From NCBI GenBank assembly GCA_035402645.1, contig DAONDQ010000004.1, positions 293-64,292 on the forward strand: DNA of 64,000 nt, given 5' to 3'. The DNA is from Candidatus Cloacimonadota bacterium (GTDB lineage: Bacteria > Cloacimonadota > Cloacimonadia > Cloacimonadales > DAONDQ01). The notes below the pieces were generated by a model, which ran no database searches, was not told the origin of the DNA, and saw only the letters and a program-made list of their open reading frames with translations. Shown here piece after piece: positions 62,292 to 64,000 of this stretch. Positions within the stretch are counted from its first letter, which is position 1; each line of letters begins with the position of its first letter. A program made the translations under genes and the position numbers.

Positions 62292-62705
62292 TTATTTAGT
62301 TACTACACCGGCAGGTGTTACACTAACCGGCTTACTACTTGTTGCTTCAATCACCTTAGCAAGAGCCTCTAGACCTTCCTTAGCCTTGTCCCAGTTAAAT
62401 CCTTCGGGTATAGTCAAATATACTTTCTTGCCAGTAGCAAAAATTGCTTTGATTGAACCAGTAGGGTTCTCTTGCGTGGGCGGTTCAGCCACCAATTCCA
62501 CGAATGTGCCATCAGTAGTAACCAAAACAAGTTTTTCTTTTAAATTCATGCTAATCATTCCTATGGCATCGCCCTTGAAATTCTGAATAACAACAGGCTT
62601 TCCATCTTTGTCAAATGTCGTTACAGACATAGAGCTGCAACCGCTAAGAGTAATGATAGCGCTAAGACACAGAACCAAAATAATTCCCATTTTTCCATTC
62701 ATCAT
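62292..62705 (-). CDS. lipoprotein
   Basis: The signal peptide with lipobox is MGIILVLCLSAIITLSGC|SS. Confidence 0.7.
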   Translation of the reverse strand: MMNGKMGIILVLCLSAIITLSGCSSMSVTTFDKDGKPVVIQNFKGDAIGMISMNLKEKLVLVTTDGTFVELVAEPPTQENPTGSIKAIFATGKKVYLTIPEGFNWDKAKEGLEALAKVIEATSSKPVSVTPAGVVTK

Positions 62706-63100
62706 TTACCTCCAAATCTGTTAATTAAGAATTCTATTATTACGGTTGTAATCGCAATTACTGCCGTCCATTTTAAAGTTTTTGATTCCTTAATCTCAAC
62801 CTCAACGCCTTCAATTTTCTTATCTTGATTGTCTATTTTGATAGTATGCTCAGCTATCAATCTAGAATTAGTATTTGATTTGTCAAAAAGCTGATCTCTA
62901 TTCTTTTTTATATCTTGGATGTTGTCATTTACAACCGCAAGTAACTTGTTAGTTTCCTGCATTTCCTTGACCATGTCTTTCTGATTGTTCTCAAATGAAT
63001 TCAATCTGTCAGCATGTAATTTGCACTGTTGTTCACGTGCCTTAAATGCCTTTTCAACTGACTCATCTACTATCTTATGTATAGTCTGAGTATCTGTCAT
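62702..63100 (-). CDS. coiled-coil protein with a C-terminal membrane anchor
   Basis: 132 aa. A heptad-rich body is followed by WTAVIAITTVIIEFLINRF at the C-terminus. It forms an ATGA overlap with the lipoprotein gene. Confidence 0.5.
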   Translation of the reverse strand: MTDTQTIHKIVDESVEKAFKAREQQCKLHADRLNSFENNQKDMVKEMQETNKLLAVVNDNIQDIKKNRDQLFDKSNTNSRLIAEHTIKIDNQDKKIEGVEVEIKESKTLKWTAVIAITTVIIEFLINRFGGK

Positions 63101-63603
63101 GGGAGTTCCTTTACTGCTACAAAAGTTCGATTCTTTTCAATATTTGATTTATTGTGTTTTAAATAAGCCGTCCACCCCCACGTTCCAACGGCTTCTTTAA
63201 AAGAGAATATATCAAACTTAGTCGCTTTACATTCCTTCATACCAATATATAAAACCTCATCGTTGATTGCGCGATCAAATATCTCTGCACCATATAGACC
63301 ATCGTGTCCAGTTGCAGGAGCAGCGTACCTGTCATCCATCGGAGGATATAGCCACCAAATGGCTTTAGGTGTGCTTGCCAAATCAAACTTGAAACCTTCC
63401 TTAATTGTTACTTCAATCTTCTTACCGTTACTGAACTCGATTACGAATTTGAACTCTTTTTCAAGATTGTAGATGGTCTTCCGGAAGATTAACCAGTAAC
63501 CCTCCGTGTGATCATTAGAAATATGAACACGTTTACCGTCGGCAAAGTGAACATGTTTCACATGAACGCCATCTACAATCTTGATTAGAGGTTCTCTTTT
63601 CAT
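63097..63603 (-). CDS. hypothetical protein, DUF1353-like by recollection
   Basis: FKFDLASTPKAIWWLYPP...PATGHDGLYG resembles the D-x-S-x-P ... HD-x-x-Y pattern. Not checked. Confidence 0.3.
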   Translation of the reverse strand: MKREPLIKIVDGVHVKHVHFADGKRVHISNDHTEGYWLIFRKTIYNLEKEFKFVIEFSNGKKIEVTIKEGFKFDLASTPKAIWWLYPPMDDRYAAPATGHDGLYGAEIFDRAINDEVLYIGMKECKATKFDIFSFKEAVGTWGWTAYLKHNKSNIEKNRTFVAVKELP

Positions 63604-63986
63604 TATTCCTCGATTATTGCTTCTATGCCTTCAAGCATATTTGGTGTCATTCCCTTGTCCGGTATCTCGCTCAACTTCATCTTGTGGAGTTCGACTTTGA
63701 TTTCTTCATCAAGGAACTTTTTGAATTCCTCGTTCTTCTTGTTCAGATACTCCACCAGTTTCGTTCTGTCTTTGATTGAGAACTCAGTATTGATTACTGC
63801 ATCTTTCTCGTCCTTCATTTCAAGCATAACAGGGTTTCCCTTGTCATCTTTTTCTGCAAGTTCCTTGCAAAGTTCGATGCGACCGTCCTCAATCTTCTTC
63901 TGAACATCCTGTATCGTCTCGATTTCGTCTTTGATCTTCTTGCGATTCTTGCTTATTGCGTAGGTCCACTTCATTGAACCTTCCAC
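63603..63986 (-). CDS. hypothetical coiled-coil protein (127 aa)
   Basis: In-operon ORF with a 1-nt overlap downstream. Confidence 0.4.
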   Translation of the reverse strand: MEGSMKWTYAISKNRKKIKDEIETIQDVQKKIEDGRIELCKELAEKDDKGNPVMLEMKDEKDAVINTEFSIKDRTKLVEYLNKKNEEFKKFLDEEIKVELHKMKLSEIPDKGMTPNMLEGIEAIIEE

Positions 63987-64000
63987 GTTACCGACCGCCA

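Noticed and set aside
62292-63100. Spanin (i-spanin/o-spanin) pair.
   Set aside because: The membrane protein is anchored at its C-terminus, not its N-terminus. The lipoprotein is large and not Cys- or Pro-rich, and no holin or endolysin is adjacent. The pair is kept as an open question in the findings.

Overview
The whole window reads as a tailed dsDNA phage or prophage-internal genome of about 40% GC. Genes have strong Shine-Dalgarno sites and are tightly coupled by ATGA/TAATG overlaps. No rRNA, tRNA, CRISPR array, integrase or transposase was seen.

Modules:
- 1-11522 (minus strand): putative small terminase, large terminase, portal, a small virion protein and a four-gene tail-fibre cluster.
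- 11523-15731: AT-rich accessory/early region on the plus strand. It holds small ORFs, a ParB-like gene and dense repeat and inverted-repeat architecture.
- 15732-33665 (minus strand): replication, recombination and regulation genes. These are a PD-(D/E)XK nuclease, ATP-dependent ligase, sigma factor, many zinc-ribbon miniproteins, a cysteine peptidase, a VRR-NUC nuclease, family A DNA polymerase, two more ParB-like proteins and an SNF2 helicase.
- 33666-34047: divergent promoter and origin-like region.
- 34048-40787 (plus strand): AEP primase/SF3 helicase, Dam-type methyltransferase, a DEDDh exonuclease with a degenerate paralogue, and a glycosyltransferase.
- 40768-63986 (minus strand): second glycosyltransferase, tail tip proteins, 1769-aa tape measure, G/GT chaperone with a -1 frameshift, tail tube, neck proteins, major capsid, scaffold and connector. 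A lipoprotein / tail-anchored protein pair sits in the head module.

Most unusual observations:
1. A tandem array in which each small ORF, and the ParB-like gene, is bracketed by its own private 26-32 nt inverted repeat.
2. A peptide motif F-[KR]-P-[VI]-Y near the N-terminus of five otherwise unrelated proteins: capsid, scaffold, tape measure, a portal-adjacent protein and a nuclease.
3. A rich set of reused regulatory repeats. These are three copies of one promoter, three 14-bp operators, TGATT-N4-AATCA hairpins and GTAAGTTA iterons.

Functional calls rest on motifs I read in the translations. No database search was run.
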